The notes under the pieces were generated by a model that had not been told where the DNA came from, did not search any database, and saw nothing but the letters and a program-made list of their open reading frames with translations. Source: a bacterium (lineage in GTDB: Bacteria > Margulisbacteria > WOR-1 > O2-12-FULL-45-9 > XYB2-FULL-48-7). From it: a DNA stretch of 59,595 nucleotides. Location: contig JBDRLW010000018.1 in assembly GCA_043812655.1 (NCBI GenBank), forward strand, positions 1-59,595, read 5' to 3'. The translations under genes and the position numbers were made by a program. Below, piece by piece: positions 19,912 to 31,000 of the stretch. How positions within the stretch are numbered: the stretch's first letter is position 1; every line of letters begins with the position of its first letter.

Positions 19912-21447
19912 ATGCTAACCAAAGTAACTTCTGCCGCCATCTTAGGCCTTGACGCTTACCAGGTTGAAGTTGAAATTGATTCTCAACGTGGGCTCCCCGG
20001 CCAATCAATCGTTGGTCTTCCCGATGCATCGGTGCGTGAATCTCGCGACCGGGTCCGAGCGGCGATCGAAAATTCTGGCTTTGAATTTCCCGCCGGTTAC
20101 TTCACCATTAATTTAGCTCCCGCTGATACTAGGAAAGAGGGGCCGCTTTATGATCTGCCAATTGCTTTGGGAATGCTTTTGGTTTCCGAACAGATAAAAA
20201 ACAGTGAAAAAGAAGGGACGATTATTATTGGTGAGCTGTCGCTTGATGGAAGGGTGAGGGGAGTGAACGGGATCTTGCCGATCTGCTTATCACTCAAAAA
20301 AGCGGGTGGAAAAAATATTATTGTTTCAACCGAAAATGCCGATGAAGCGGCGCTGGTTGAAGGCCTAGATGTTTTGCCAGTGAATAACTTGAAGGAAGCC
20401 ACTGAATATCTTAGCGGCCGAAAAGAAATTCCACCGCATAAAGTTGATGTGACCGCATTATTTTCAGAAATTGAAGAATCTGGGATTGATTTTGCTGATG
20501 TGAAGGGCCAGGGGCATGTGAAAAGGGGACTGGAAGTGGCGGCGGCGGGTGGTCACAACGTGCTCCTGGTCGGGTCTCCCGGTTCAGGTAAAACCATGCT
20601 AGCCAGGAGGCTCCCAACAATTTTACCACCGCTCTCGCTGGCTGAAGCGCTCGAAGTGACAAAATTATATTCCGTGACCGGTCTTATCCAAGGGAAAAAG
20701 GCTCTGATCACGAGCCGGCCATTCCGCTCACCTCATCACACGACGTCTGATGTTGGCATAATTGGCGGTGGACGAATTCCTCGGCCAGGCGAAGTTTCCC
20801 TGGCTCACCTTGGGGTTCTCTTTCTTGACGAGTTTCCCGAATTTGAGCGGAAGGTTTTAGAGGTCCTTCGTCAGCCGTTGGAAGATGGACAAGTGACAAT
20901 ATCACGGGCGCACTCAACTTTAACTTATCCGGCACAGTTTATGCTGGTCGCGGCGATGAATCCGTGCCCTTGCGGTAATTATCTTGATCAGGTAAAGCCG
21001 TGCACCTGCCCGCCATTTAAGATCCAGAACTATTGGAGCAAGCTTTCGGGGCCATTACTTGACCGGATCGACCTTCAGATCGAAGTTCCTAGTTTAAAAA
21101 AAGAGGAACTGACATCATATCCTGAAGGAGAGAGCTCAAAAACAATTAGAGAGCGGGTTTCGGCCGCGAGATCGATCCAGCAACAGCGGTTTAATGGGAC
21201 AGATGTCTTTTGCAACGCCCAAATGACACCAAAACAGCTGAAAGAATTTTGTGTATTGGATAAAGAGGCGGCGGAATTATTAAAATCAGCGATCCTCCAC
21301 CTCCAATTAAGCGCTAGGGCTTATGACCGGATCTTAAAAGTCGCGCGGACGATCGCCGACCTCGAAAATTCAACTGAAATAAAGGCTCAACACATTGGCG
21401 AAGCAGCGCAATACCGGTCGCTAGATAGAAAGGGGGGTGGAAAATAA
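19912..21447 (+). CDS. comM: ComM/YifB Mg-chelatase-like AAA+ ATPase
   Basis: [59 protein letters not shown]. Confidence 0.95.
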   Translation: MLTKVTSAAILGLDAYQVEVEIDSQRGLPGQSIVGLPDASVRESRDRVRAAIENSGFEFPAGYFTINLAPADTRKEGPLYDLPIALGMLLVSEQIKNSEKEGTIIIGELSLDGRVRGVNGILPICLSLKKAGGKNIIVSTENADEAALVEGLDVLPVNNLKEATEYLSGRKEIPPHKVDVTALFSEIEESGIDFADVKGQGHVKRGLEVAAAGGHNVLLVGSPGSGKTMLARRLPTILPPLSLAEALEVTKLYSVTGLIQGKKALITSRPFRSPHHTTSDVGIIGGGRIPRPGEVSLAHLGVLFLDEFPEFERKVLEVLRQPLEDGQVTISRAHSTLTYPAQFMLVAAMNPCPCGNYLDQVKPCTCPPFKIQNYWSKLSGPLLDRIDLQIEVPSLKKEELTSYPEGESSKTIRERVSAARSIQQQRFNGTDVFCNAQMTPKQLKEFCVLDKEAAELLKSAILHLQLSARAYDRILKVARTIADLENSTEIKAQHIGEAAQYRSLDRKGGGK

Positions 21448-21578
21448 TGTATCGGGTTGTCTATTGTTTGCCATATAACTGCATTAGAGAGATTTTTATG
21501 CGGTCTGACGAGCTCCAGGCTTGGCTTAGATGGAATTGGCTTAAGGAGAGGATCATTAGTTATGAGAAGGTGATGTAA
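21447..21578 (+). CDS. Small hypothetical protein (43 aa)
   Basis: [48 protein letters not shown] overlap with comM and a G-rich SD. Confidence 0.5.
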   Translation: MYRVVYCLPYNCIREIFMRSDELQAWLRWNWLKERIISYEKVM

Positions 21579-21581
21579 AAA

Positions 21582-21608
21582 TAACCGGTCACGATTTGTG
21601 ACCGGTTA
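21582..21608. repeat. 27-nt palindrome upstream of the ORF6N gene
   Basis: TAACCGGTCAC-GATTT-GTGACCGGTTA. Confidence 0.85.
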
Positions 21609-21628
21609 ACATTTGAGAAGGAGAAAAA

Positions 21629-22132
21629 ATGAATACAGTCGTTCCAATGGAGATTATCGAGAAGAAGATATATTTGATAAGAAGACAAAAAGTGATGCTT
21701 GATAAGGATTTAGCGGCGCTTTATAACGTTGAAACTAGGCAATTAAGAAGACAGGTAAAAAGAAATATAGAAAGATTTCCGGATGATTTCATGTTTGTTT
21801 TATCTGATAAAGAAACCGAACAGATGGTGTGCCATTTTGGCACACCATCAAAATCAATCTTTGGAGGTTATCTCCCTTATGTTTTTACAGAGCATGGTAT
21901 CTTAATGCTCTCGTCGGTGTTAAACAGTAAAAGAGCCATTCAAGTAAATATTCAGATTATGAGGACCTTTGCAAAACTATGTCAAATCCTGGCCTCTCAT
22001 AAAGATATTTTAAAGAAAGTTGAGGTCCTAGAATCAAAGTATGACCAGCAATTTAAAGTGGTTTTTGATGCAATCCGCAAATTAATTGCCGTGCCAGATA
22101 AACCAAAAGGTCGAATCGGGTTTCAAGTATAA
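21629..22132 (+). CDS. ORF6N domain DNA-binding protein
   Basis: IYLIRRQKVMLDKDLAALYNVET...QVKRNIERFPDDFMF...PYVFTEHGILMLSSVLNS. Confidence 0.92.
   Translation: MNTVVPMEIIEKKIYLIRRQKVMLDKDLAALYNVETRQLRRQVKRNIERFPDDFMFVLSDKETEQMVCHFGTPSKSIFGGYLPYVFTEHGILMLSSVLNSKRAIQVNIQIMRTFAKLCQILASHKDILKKVEVLESKYDQQFKVVFDAIRKLIAVPDKPKGRIGFQV
21823..21849. repeat. 27-nt palindrome inside the ORF6N coding sequence
   Basis: GATGGTGTGCCA-TTT-TGGCACACCATC, encoding MVCHFGTP. Confidence 0.85.
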
Positions 22133-22151
22133 ATAAAAGGAGGTGATAGAG

Positions 22152-22385
22152 ATGAATAATAACGGAAATGGAAGCAAAGAACTGTTTAATAAGATGGTAA
22201 AAGCAGGGAGACGGACATATTTTGTGACGGTGAAGGAATCTAGTAACAATAATAAGTACGTCATGATCACTGAAAGCAAACTGGTTGAAAAAGACAAGTT
22301 TCAGCGGTCAAGCGTGATGGTTTTCCCAGATAAGATCGGTGAGGTCGCTGGTGTTCTCGCCGAAGCTTGCAGCTTTGCGGCCTAA
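22152..22385 (+). CDS. PUR-like (DUF3276) single-stranded nucleic-acid-binding protein
   Basis: ELFNKMVKAGRRTYFVTVKES...YVMITESK; SD AAAGGAGGT favours ATG 22152. Confidence 0.8.
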   Translation: MNNNGNGSKELFNKMVKAGRRTYFVTVKESSNNNKYVMITESKLVEKDKFQRSSVMVFPDKIGEVAGVLAEACSFAA

Positions 22386-22394
22386 AATAACAAA

Positions 22395-22431
22395 GAAGGG
22401 CGCTCTTTAGAGTTACTAGAGAGTGCCCTTC
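22395..22431. terminator. Stem-loop, possibly a minus-strand intrinsic terminator
   Basis: GAAGGGCGCTCTTTAG / CTAGAGAGTGCCCTTC; T-rich tail on the minus strand only. Confidence 0.5.
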
Positions 22432-22451
22432 GATTAAAAGGAGAAAGTTTA

Positions 22452-22676
22452 ATGAAAACTAAAAAAGTTAATCGAGTAAACATGTTGAAAAGGGAATTAG
22501 AAAACAAGAAAATAGATTGGAGCAGGAAATTGTTGGCCTTAATTAGTTTATCTAAGATCGCTTCTGATGAAGCCTTTGATGTTTTACGGCAATATTACTT
22601 TAATCCCGACCCGCAGATGAGAGTATATGCAAAATTAGCGTTTGCCGAAGCGGTAATGAACCAGAAAACTATTTAA
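22452..22676 (+). CDS. Small helical hypothetical protein (HEAT-like)
   Basis: 74 aa; SD AAAGGAG. Confidence 0.6.
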   Translation: MKTKKVNRVNMLKRELENKKIDWSRKLLALISLSKIASDEAFDVLRQYYFNPDPQMRVYAKLAFAEAVMNQKTI

Positions 22677-24003
22677 TCTTCTCTCCATGTTCGAAGCGGT
22701 TGAGGACGAGGCCGGAGAGGAGCTTGGGGTAGAAATAAGTTGATTTGTGCGGCATCTTTTCCATTTCACCGGCGATAGCGGTGATTTCCTCAATCTTGGT
22801 TGGATTAAGCAGGAAACACATTGTCCCTCCTTTTTCGTCAACAAAGTTGATCGCGTCATCCGCTTCTTTGAAATAAGTAACTTTATCTTCGGTCTCTTTG
22901 GCGATATTTAACAAGCGGTCAAAAACCGTGTAATGTAAAATGGTGACGTCAAGATGTTTCCAGGCCTTGGGTTTTTCTTCAGCGACCATTTCGTCGACCG
23001 ACGCCTCATCTTTCAAGGTCAGCAAGAAAAAGCGGTAATTGCCAAGATAGAGAGCAAAAGCATGTTGGCTTGAAGCCTTGGCTAGATCCTTCAACAATTT
23101 CTTTTTGACTTTATCAACCGTTCTTTTGGTCGCGAGATAAGGGGTAACATTAAAATAGTTAGTCAGGTCTTGCTCAAAGCGGCCGGCATCAAAATATGCC
23201 AGGTTACTGACGGCTCGATGGATGGGGAGGATCGTCAGGCCCTTATCTTCGAGCGGGGTAAAATACATCATGACATGGTTATAGGTCTCATCTTCAGTGA
23301 ATTTGGTGTTTTTTAATTTTTGTTCGTCACGATAACGGAGCGCCGCTTCGTAACGATGGTGGCCGTCGGCGATAAAAACCGCCCGGTCGCGCATTTCGGC
23401 GACGATCTTATTGATACTGGGCTTCCTGTCTATTTTCCAGAGCTTATGGATAACACCATCCTTGTCTTTGGCCTCAACTGCCGGTTTGCGGCGGGTAAAT
23501 TGCTTGATAGTTTTGGTGATCTTTTGTTTTTGATCGGAATAGAGGCCGAAAATAGAATCAAAATTAGCGCTGGCCGCCCGCATTAATTTCAGCCGATCAA
23601 GTTTAGCTTTTGGGTAGGTTTCCTCATGGGGAAAAACTTTCCCACGGCCGACTTCCTCCAGCCGCAGGATCCCGATAAACCCGAGACGAGTGTATTTCTT
23701 GCCAAAACAGCTGAAAGTTTGCTCATAAACATAGAAGCAAGGCTTGGGGTCCTTAATTAGGATCTTATGGCGGAGCCAACCATCAAGGAAGGCGGCCGCC
23801 CGGACATAGCGGTTATTAAAATCGGTGTCACCAGGGAATTCTTTGCCTAAGATCAACCGAATATAATTGAAATTACTGGCCTTGTAAAAACCGTCTTGTT
23901 CTTCTGGCGTAATAACATCGTAGGGAGGACATGTTACCTTGGAGAAATTCTTGGTCTTTTTCTTGTTGTAGGTAATACCGCAAAAAGGAAAGATTCTTAC
24001 CAT
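22669..24003 (-). CDS. DUF1015 family protein
   Basis: PPYDVI, PHEET, IADGHHRY, MPHKSTYFYPKLLSGL. Confidence 0.92.
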   Translation of the reverse strand: MVRIFPFCGITYNKKKTKNFSKVTCPPYDVITPEEQDGFYKASNFNYIRLILGKEFPGDTDFNNRYVRAAAFLDGWLRHKILIKDPKPCFYVYEQTFSCFGKKYTRLGFIGILRLEEVGRGKVFPHEETYPKAKLDRLKLMRAASANFDSIFGLYSDQKQKITKTIKQFTRRKPAVEAKDKDGVIHKLWKIDRKPSINKIVAEMRDRAVFIADGHHRYEAALRYRDEQKLKNTKFTEDETYNHVMMYFTPLEDKGLTILPIHRAVSNLAYFDAGRFEQDLTNYFNVTPYLATKRTVDKVKKKLLKDLAKASSQHAFALYLGNYRFFLLTLKDEASVDEMVAEEKPKAWKHLDVTILHYTVFDRLLNIAKETEDKVTYFKEADDAINFVDEKGGTMCFLLNPTKIEEITAIAGEMEKMPHKSTYFYPKLLSGLVLNRFEHGEKIK

Positions 24004-24040
24004 AGCTAAACCTGATTATAGCATACCGTCCACAAAAAGG

Positions 24041-24994
24041 CTAATGGACCGTTTGTTCTGGCGTGGAAGCTTCTGGCGTAGGCGGGACTACAAAGTGTTC
24101 TGCCCGCTTTATCTTGCCAGCCGAAATAATTTCGAGGATCCTTTCCAGGTCTTCTTTTGAGTAATACTCGATCTCGATTTTTCCCCGCTCGGGTGAACCA
24201 AAAACCTTAACCTTGGTCGCCAGTTGCTCGGTTAACTGCTCAACCAGGGAATTAAGCTCAACATTTTGGGTGGCAGCCCGTTTGCGGCCGCTTTTTTTGG
24301 CTTTGGCGTGTTCCGGCGCCTTTCCTGTCACAAAGATTTCAGCATCCCGGACATTTAATTTCCCTTTTACGATCTCATGCCAGAGGTGGAGCTGGCGTTC
24401 AGGGTCTTCGATCGTAAGCAGTGGCCTGGCATGGCCGGTGGTGATATCGCCTTTCCTTAGGCTATCCTTGATCGGCTTTGGCAGGGAGAGCAACCTGATC
24501 ATATTGGTTACCGTTGGGCGGCTTTTGCCGACGCGGGTTGCGATATCTTCTTGCGTTAAGCCAAATTCCGAAGCCAGCCGGGCGTAACCTTCAGCTTCAT
24601 CCATTGGGTTGAGGTCTTCACGCTGGAGGTTTTCGATCAGCGACAGCTCCATTGATTGTTGGTCGGTGAAGTCTTTAACGATCGAGGGGATAGAATTCAA
24701 GCCTGCCTGTTTAGCCGCCCGCAGACGGCGTTCTCCGGCGATCAGTTCATATTTCCCTTGCCGCATCCTGGTTAAGATCGGTTCGATCACGCCATGGACT
24801 TTGATCGATTCCGCTAAGTCGTGAAGCGCTTCCTTGGTAAAACTGGTGCGGGGTTGGCGGGGGTTGGGGACGACGTTGTTGATATCAACGTTGACGATCG
24901 TCCGGCCGCCGGTAAAAACCGAACCCGGAGGGATTAGCGCCCCTAAACCTTTGCCTAAACCTCTTTTTTGTAAATTTCCGCTAGATGCTGCCAT
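24041..24994 (-). CDS. parB: Chromosome partitioning protein ParB/Spo0J
   Basis: GLGKGLGALI, PNPRQPR, IAGERRLRA, ENLQREDLNP. Confidence 0.97.
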   Translation of the reverse strand: MAASSGNLQKRGLGKGLGALIPPGSVFTGGRTIVNVDINNVVPNPRQPRTSFTKEALHDLAESIKVHGVIEPILTRMRQGKYELIAGERRLRAAKQAGLNSIPSIVKDFTDQQSMELSLIENLQREDLNPMDEAEGYARLASEFGLTQEDIATRVGKSRPTVTNMIRLLSLPKPIKDSLRKGDITTGHARPLLTIEDPERQLHLWHEIVKGKLNVRDAEIFVTGKAPEHAKAKKSGRKRAATQNVELNSLVEQLTEQLATKVKVFGSPERGKIEIEYYSKEDLERILEIISAGKIKRAEHFVVPPTPEASTPEQTVH

Positions 24995-25748
24995 CGTCTA
25001 ACACCTCCCGACATAAATTTTCGTAAGCTTCGGCCCCTCTACTTCCCGGATCATAAAAAATTATCGGTTGGCCAAAGCTAGGCGCTTCCGCCAGCCTGAC
25101 ATTTCTTGGGATGACCGTTTTAAAAACCTTGCTTCCAAAATACTTTCGCGCTTCTTCGGCTACTTGAGAAGAAAGAAGAGTGCGCGGGTCGAACATGGTC
25201 AATATGATACCACGGATCTTAAGCGCCGGGTTTAAGCTTTCCCTCACTAGTTCGAGCGTATGGGTCAATTGGCTGATCCCTTCAAGGGCGTAATATTCGC
25301 ATTGGATCGGGATGATCACCTCATCCGCGCCGGTCAAAGCGTTGACGGTTAACAGCGAAAGTGAAGGGGGGCAATCGATAACGATAATGTCGTAATTATC
25401 CTTCACCAGCGCCAATGAATTTTTTAATCTCATCTCCCGTTCATCGAGCGAAACCAGCTCAACTTCGGCGCCGGCCAATCTTGGAGTGGAAGGCAAAACC
25501 TCCAAGTTGGAAATATTGCTTTTAACAATTACTTCGGCAGGATGGAGGCCATCGATAATAACGCTGTAAAGGCAGTTGGTGACCTGTGTTTTATCGACGC
25601 CAAGCCCGACGCTGGCGTTGCTTTGCGGATCGATATCGACCAATAATACTTTTTTGCCGAAAGTTGCCAAGTAAGAAGCGAGATTAACCGTTGTAGTGGT
25701 TTTTCCGACGCCGCCTTTTTGGTTGACAACTGCGTAGGTAATACCCAT
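24981..25748 (-). CDS. parA: Chromosome partitioning ATPase ParA/Soj
   Basis: NQKGGVGKTTT, DCPPSL, QCEYYALEG, IPRNVRLAEAPS. Confidence 0.97.
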   Translation of the reverse strand: MGITYAVVNQKGGVGKTTTTVNLASYLATFGKKVLLVDIDPQSNASVGLGVDKTQVTNCLYSVIIDGLHPAEVIVKSNISNLEVLPSTPRLAGAEVELVSLDEREMRLKNSLALVKDNYDIIVIDCPPSLSLLTVNALTGADEVIIPIQCEYYALEGISQLTHTLELVRESLNPALKIRGIILTMFDPRTLLSSQVAEEARKYFGSKVFKTVIPRNVRLAEAPSFGQPIIFYDPGSRGAEAYENLCREVLDDGSI

Positions 25749-25763
25749 GAGAGACGAATTATA

Positions 25764-26408
25764 TCATAGCGGCCTTTTTTTCGCCATGCCAACGCGGCGG
25801 GGAAATTTTACGGGAGTGGGAGAGACTTTGTCGATAATTACGAGGGAGCGGGCTGGGAACTTTTTCACTTCGCGCAGTTTTCCGCCAAGAAGCTTGATCG
25901 CTTCAGATGCTTTAACAAGTTCTGGCTCGATCGCAACTTCTTTATAAGCGACGAAAACGCCGCCAACCTTAACCAAAGGGAGGGACAGCTCACTTAAAAC
26001 CGCAAGATCCGCAACGGCGCGTGATGCGGCGAGGTCAAACGATTCTCTGTTCTCTTTGGCAAAATCTTCAGCCCGTCCCCAAATCGCTTGGGTTTCGGTC
26101 AAGCCCAGTAGCCTTATCATATGATCTAAAAACTCGACCTTTTTTTTATTGGAATCTAGAAGCGTAAGTTTAAGGCCTGGACAAGCGAGCTTAAGAGGAA
26201 TTCCCGGAAAGCCGGCGCCAGTGCCGATGTCGATTAGGGAATAGTCGGTTGATTTGTTAGTTTGTAAGGTGGGAAGGGCCTGCAAAAGAAGAAGGGAGTC
26301 AGAAAAGTGCTTCTCTTTTATTTCTTCTGGCTTGGTGATCGCGGTTAGATTGAACTTCTCGTTCCAGCTAACTAATTCCTGGAGATATAAATTAAAACGC
26401 TTGTCCAA
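25764..26408 (-). CDS. rsmG: 16S rRNA m7G527 methyltransferase
   Basis: WNEKFNLTAI, DIGTGAGFPGIPL, SRAVA. Confidence 0.96.
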   Translation of the reverse strand: MDKRFNLYLQELVSWNEKFNLTAITKPEEIKEKHFSDSLLLLQALPTLQTNKSTDYSLIDIGTGAGFPGIPLKLACPGLKLTLLDSNKKKVEFLDHMIRLLGLTETQAIWGRAEDFAKENRESFDLAASRAVADLAVLSELSLPLVKVGGVFVAYKEVAIEPELVKASEAIKLLGGKLREVKKFPARSLVIIDKVSPTPVKFPRRVGMAKKRPL

Positions 26409-28059
26409 TTGAGAAGTGCATTACGCCTTCGCCGAAAGAATTGCCGCCGCCCACGCCCCAATCAAGCCTGATCGGGCCGAGCGGGGTGTTGAAGCGGATC
26501 CCCGGCCCCCACCCATACAGAAAGTTTGAAAGTTGTGGCTGATTGCCGTTCCAGGCGCTCCCCCAATCATAGAAAAAGACCCCCTGGAAAACGTCGGAGA
26601 AATTAAGGCGGTATTCGACATTAGCCACAAAACGATTTGTGCCAATTTGGGCTTCCGACAAGTTATAACCTCTAACGGTGTTGGCGCCGCCGATCCAGTA
26701 GACTTCGCCGACCGGGATAGTGCCAAGGCCAACGCCAAACCCGGCATGGAGGGCGAGAGTTTGATTTTCAATGAAGGTGTAAAAATGGTTTAGGTCGACC
26801 CCGGTTTTAGTGAAGGTGGAATTGGTGGTTGAGGTTGTCCAACCTTGTTTTAGGTCCAGAACATAATATTTCCCTTCTTTAGGATTAAGATAATAGTCGC
26901 GGGTGTCGTATGCGAAATTAAGCCCGATCGTATCGGCGCGGTAAGCTTCAAAAGAGGAGGTATTGACCGGTGAAACATTTTCCGAGCCAAGAGTTAGCGT
27001 CCCATTTATATTTTCACGGAGCGGCTTGCCAAGAGAGATATCTCCGCCATTATAGACTCCGTCCTGATAAGAGTTAGCAAAGTCCCGGCCAATAGTGTAC
27101 CAGCGCCGAAAGGTGAAAGCGGCGTGATCGCCAAGTTTGTCGGGGAGGAGCCAAGGATTGAAATATTTAAATTGATAGGTTGAGAGTTGTTGGCCAAACT
27201 GGCCGCGGATCATAAGGCCTTGGCCTGTCCCCCTAAGATTATTTAGGGATAGATCAGTAAACCCGAACCAGCCGTCGCGCTCCCCATAGCCGCCGCCAAA
27301 ATTGATCGAACTGGAGCGAGCTTCCTTTATTTTTAAGTTTAGAATAATATTGTCTTTAGTGCTGCCCGGTTCAAAGTTTGGGGCAATATCAGAGAAGAAG
27401 CCGAGATTAAAAACCCGCCGCAGATCTTTTTTTAAGGTCTCTTCATTCAAGACCGAACCGGGGATGGTTTTTAGCTCGCGGAGGATGACATAATCCTGGG
27501 TGTTGTTGTTACCCTCAAGGACGATCGTCTCGACCTTGCCTTCAATAATTTTAAAAGTAAGAGTGTTTTTCTCCTTATTGGCTTCGACATCAACTACTCT
27601 AGCCAGCATATATCCGTCGGTCTTATAAAGGCTGTTGATCTTTTCAATATCAGTTTGCATCTTTTGGAAATTCAAGAGTCCGCCTTTTTTAGTTTCCAGG
27701 AGAGATAAAAGATTGGCTTCAGGATAAACGGTATTCCCCTCAATGATAATGTTATCGATCTTTGGGTTTTCCACTACCTGGAAGATGACCTTTGTTCCGC
27801 CCGAAGAAGGCTCATAGGCGACTTTAACATCGGCAAATGTACCCATTGCGTAAATAGCTTTAAGGTCGGCTTTGACTTTTTCTTCGGATAAGGTTTCACC
27901 TACATGGATAAAAATAGTTTTATAGATCTCTTTTGAATCAATGGTATTATTTCCTTTGACTTCGATGGCGTCGATAGTTGCGGCGAGGGAAGGAACGCTT
28001 AAAGAAAAAAACATAAGGCATAGGCAAAGGCCTAGGCATAGGTTTCTGTTGAATTTCAT
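26392..28059 (-). CDS. Omp85 family (BamA/TamA) outer membrane protein with POTRA domains
   Basis: Signal peptide, POTRA-like repeats, GGANTVRGY, TPLGPIRLDW, C-terminal FSIGQAF. Confidence 0.92.
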   Translation of the reverse strand: MKFNRNLCLGLCLCLMFFSLSVPSLAATIDAIEVKGNNTIDSKEIYKTIFIHVGETLSEEKVKADLKAIYAMGTFADVKVAYEPSSGGTKVIFQVVENPKIDNIIIEGNTVYPEANLLSLLETKKGGLLNFQKMQTDIEKINSLYKTDGYMLARVVDVEANKEKNTLTFKIIEGKVETIVLEGNNNTQDYVILRELKTIPGSVLNEETLKKDLRRVFNLGFFSDIAPNFEPGSTKDNIILNLKIKEARSSSINFGGGYGERDGWFGFTDLSLNNLRGTGQGLMIRGQFGQQLSTYQFKYFNPWLLPDKLGDHAAFTFRRWYTIGRDFANSYQDGVYNGGDISLGKPLRENINGTLTLGSENVSPVNTSSFEAYRADTIGLNFAYDTRDYYLNPKEGKYYVLDLKQGWTTSTTNSTFTKTGVDLNHFYTFIENQTLALHAGFGVGLGTIPVGEVYWIGGANTVRGYNLSEAQIGTNRFVANVEYRLNFSDVFQGVFFYDWGSAWNGNQPQLSNFLYGWGPGIRFNTPLGPIRLDWGVGGGNSFGEGVMHFSIGQAF

Positions 28060-28070
28060 TTTTTCTCCTT

Positions 28071-31000
28071 TTACCAGAATGAGAAGCCGGCCCTTAGGGT
28101 GATCTTTTGGCTGCCGGCGGCGTCTAACGCCCCATAATTATTATACATAATTGGCTCAGCGTAATATATTATAGACCATATCGGAGTGAGTTTAAAGGTC
28201 AGCTGGTAATTGAGTTGCGTTCCGTTGGTACTACTGGCAACCGACTGGTCCAGCCCTTGTGAATATTTCACATCGAGGAAGAGCCGGTCAAAAAAACCTT
28301 TAACAAAGCCAACGCTCCAGGCTGGCTTGCTGTCTTCAAAACCTCTGGGAGTATTAACGCCCAAGGCCTCCCGCATTTTGGGGCCAAAATTATATTCGAG
28401 GGTTAGGCTTTCGAGGCCCAAGCGTCGTTCCGCTTCCCGCTCAAAACCACGGAAAAGGATGGTTTGCATCCGACTGCTAAGATAATCAGCCATGATCGCG
28501 TTAGCTTCGACCTTATTCGAGCCCGCCTGCCCCTCGGTGTTGTTTATGCCGGCCAGCGATTTTATAAAATCGGGCAATAGCATCACTTTTAATTCTTGTT
28601 CACTGTAATTGCTGGGAGTTAGTTGCGATGGAGATCTAGTTTTGTCTTCTTGGTAGCCAAGCAGGCCGATCTTTAACGCTTCCTGTTCTTGCCTTGAAAA
28701 AAGAGTCCCCTTTAATCTAGCGAGAATAACAACATTCTTTTTAACGATCAAGCCGCTAGCGTCTTTTTCTTCGTTCTCAACATTGACGGAAGAGGTTAGG
28801 TCAATGTCAGGCATAAGGCCGGCGGCCCCTTCGCCTCCTTTGAAGACCGCTTGATTGTCTGTGACGCTGCCCGGATCGTACGGGAAAAACCGTTGCTGCA
28901 TTTCGGTCGATAGCAGCGTGAATTCCCGATTAAAGATATTAATTGTTCCGCGCCGGAAATTGACTCTTCCGGCTAAGCTTGGGGCGGCCAGATTCCCAGC
29001 CAACTTAAGCTCTTGGCCTGCGACCTCAAGGTTAAGCATGACATTGCTTAAGTTTAAGGTGTTAACATCACCCATTACGGCGTAGGTGTTTTTGTTAAGG
29101 TCGAGGTCCAGATCAAAATTTAAAGGAAAAACCTTTTGATCTCCGGGCCTCGAAGTTTGGAGGGTTAAAACCGCGTCTTGTAAGTTGATCTTGCCGCGCA
29201 GAGTTGGGCCTTCGTTTAAGTCAAGGGTTAGTGGGCCTTGAAGCGCAAGTTGGTCGATATTTAAGGTCCCGTTATAAAGTCCTGGAAAAGCGATAAAAAG
29301 GCGACTGGGGGAAAAGTTAAGGTTAAGAGCGAGACGTCTAGGAGTTGACAAGAGATCACTTAGATCGATAATGCCGGCCGTGCCCAGGAAATTTTGGACA
29401 TTTTGCGTCCTTTCCCCCTGCCAGATGCCGGTTAAACTGGAAACCTCCAATTTATTATCTTTCAGCGTGGCGGCACCTTCAATGTTTTTAATATTTGAAG
29501 CTATTCCCCGGACATAAATTTTGGTCTCTTTGAGGTTAAGGCTGCCATTAAAGCTTGGTTGATTAAAAGTTCCGGTAGCTTTTAGGGTTAGCTTGGCTTG
29601 GCCGTTCAACCATTTTATTTCGTCGGTAAAAAGGTTAAGGAGGCCGAGGGCATTATTGTTTAGTCTGACGCCAAGAGCAAGTTTGCCGGGGGAAGAGAGG
29701 GAGATGTTCCCTCGAACTTCAGAAGAGATCCCATCATTAACAAAAGAGATGTCTTGCAAGTTAAGGCGGTTGCCTTGCTTTTCAACTTCCAGCTTGATCT
29801 TAGAAAACTTGACTCCGACAATTTCGGCTTGCCTACTATCGGCCGAGAGTAAAAAGTCGGGATCTTCTATTTTTCCCTTTACCCCAGCATTTAAATTGAA
29901 GGCCCCCTTAAAGGTTTTGCCAGGAAAAGGGAGGGAGAGGATGTCTAGCGGCATTTTGCTAGCGGCAACATTTAGATCGATTGTATTATTGAATTGATAG
30001 GTCCCCGAAGCGGTAATATTGCCTGAATCTTTATTTAAAATGGCTTGTTCAAAGGTCAACTTTTGGTTGTCCAGCTGGGCCTTCAAATCAAAAGAGTCAA
30101 AAGCAAACATATTGATCGAGCCTTTGGTTACTTTACCAATAATTTTGCCAGATAGGGTGTTAAAAGGCCCAGAAAGAGAAGCTTCGCCGGCAAAAACACC
30201 CTCAACATTTTCTGCGGGGGTGGTGTTAAAACTTTTTTTGTCGGCGGCAGAAAGTTTGGCCCATTTTGCCAAGAAAGAAGAAGCGATGAATCCCTGGTTT
30301 TCTGGCGGAGAGATAACCTCGATCTTTGGTGCGACTAGGGAAGAGTCTTTAACTTGATCTTGCGTAATTATTACCAGTTGGCGGTTGTATTCCCCTTGGA
30401 CTTTTCGAGCCAGAGAGTAAAAAGATTTTAAGCTGGCCTTGGTAACGGTTAGGCTGGCATCGATCCCTTCACTGCTGATCGAGCCCCAAAGCTGGTAGCG
30501 ATCGCCATTGTTGGTAATAGTAAAAGGCTTAAGCAATGTTAACATCCCATCGCCATAAGTAAGGCTGCCAGCTAAGCTATCTAAATAAATATCACTATAA
30601 TGAAAGTTATTTATTGCCAGGGAAACGCCAACTGCTGGTGAAGCCAAACTGCCTCCTAGCAGCAGATTAAGCCCAGCCAAGCCGCCAACGATCTTGCCGG
30701 GGAAAAGTAGTTCTAAGTCGGCGCTTCCCTCAAAAGAACCAAAGAGTGTTGTTAAATCTTTTGTTTGCAAAAGAAAATTTCCTTGTAGAGAAGAAAAATT
30801 GATCTTGCCACTAGCCGTTAATGACGCAGGGAGCTGTCCGGTGGCTAGGATCTCTAACGTTCCGATGCCGGTCGGATTTCTAAATTGTCTAGGGAGAAAA
30901 GAATTTAGAATTCTTATGTCGTCAAGATTGAGCTCCTTGCCTGCAATAGTGAGCTTTGTTGGGACATCTGTCCCTGTCTCGCCGCTAATTAGAACCATGG

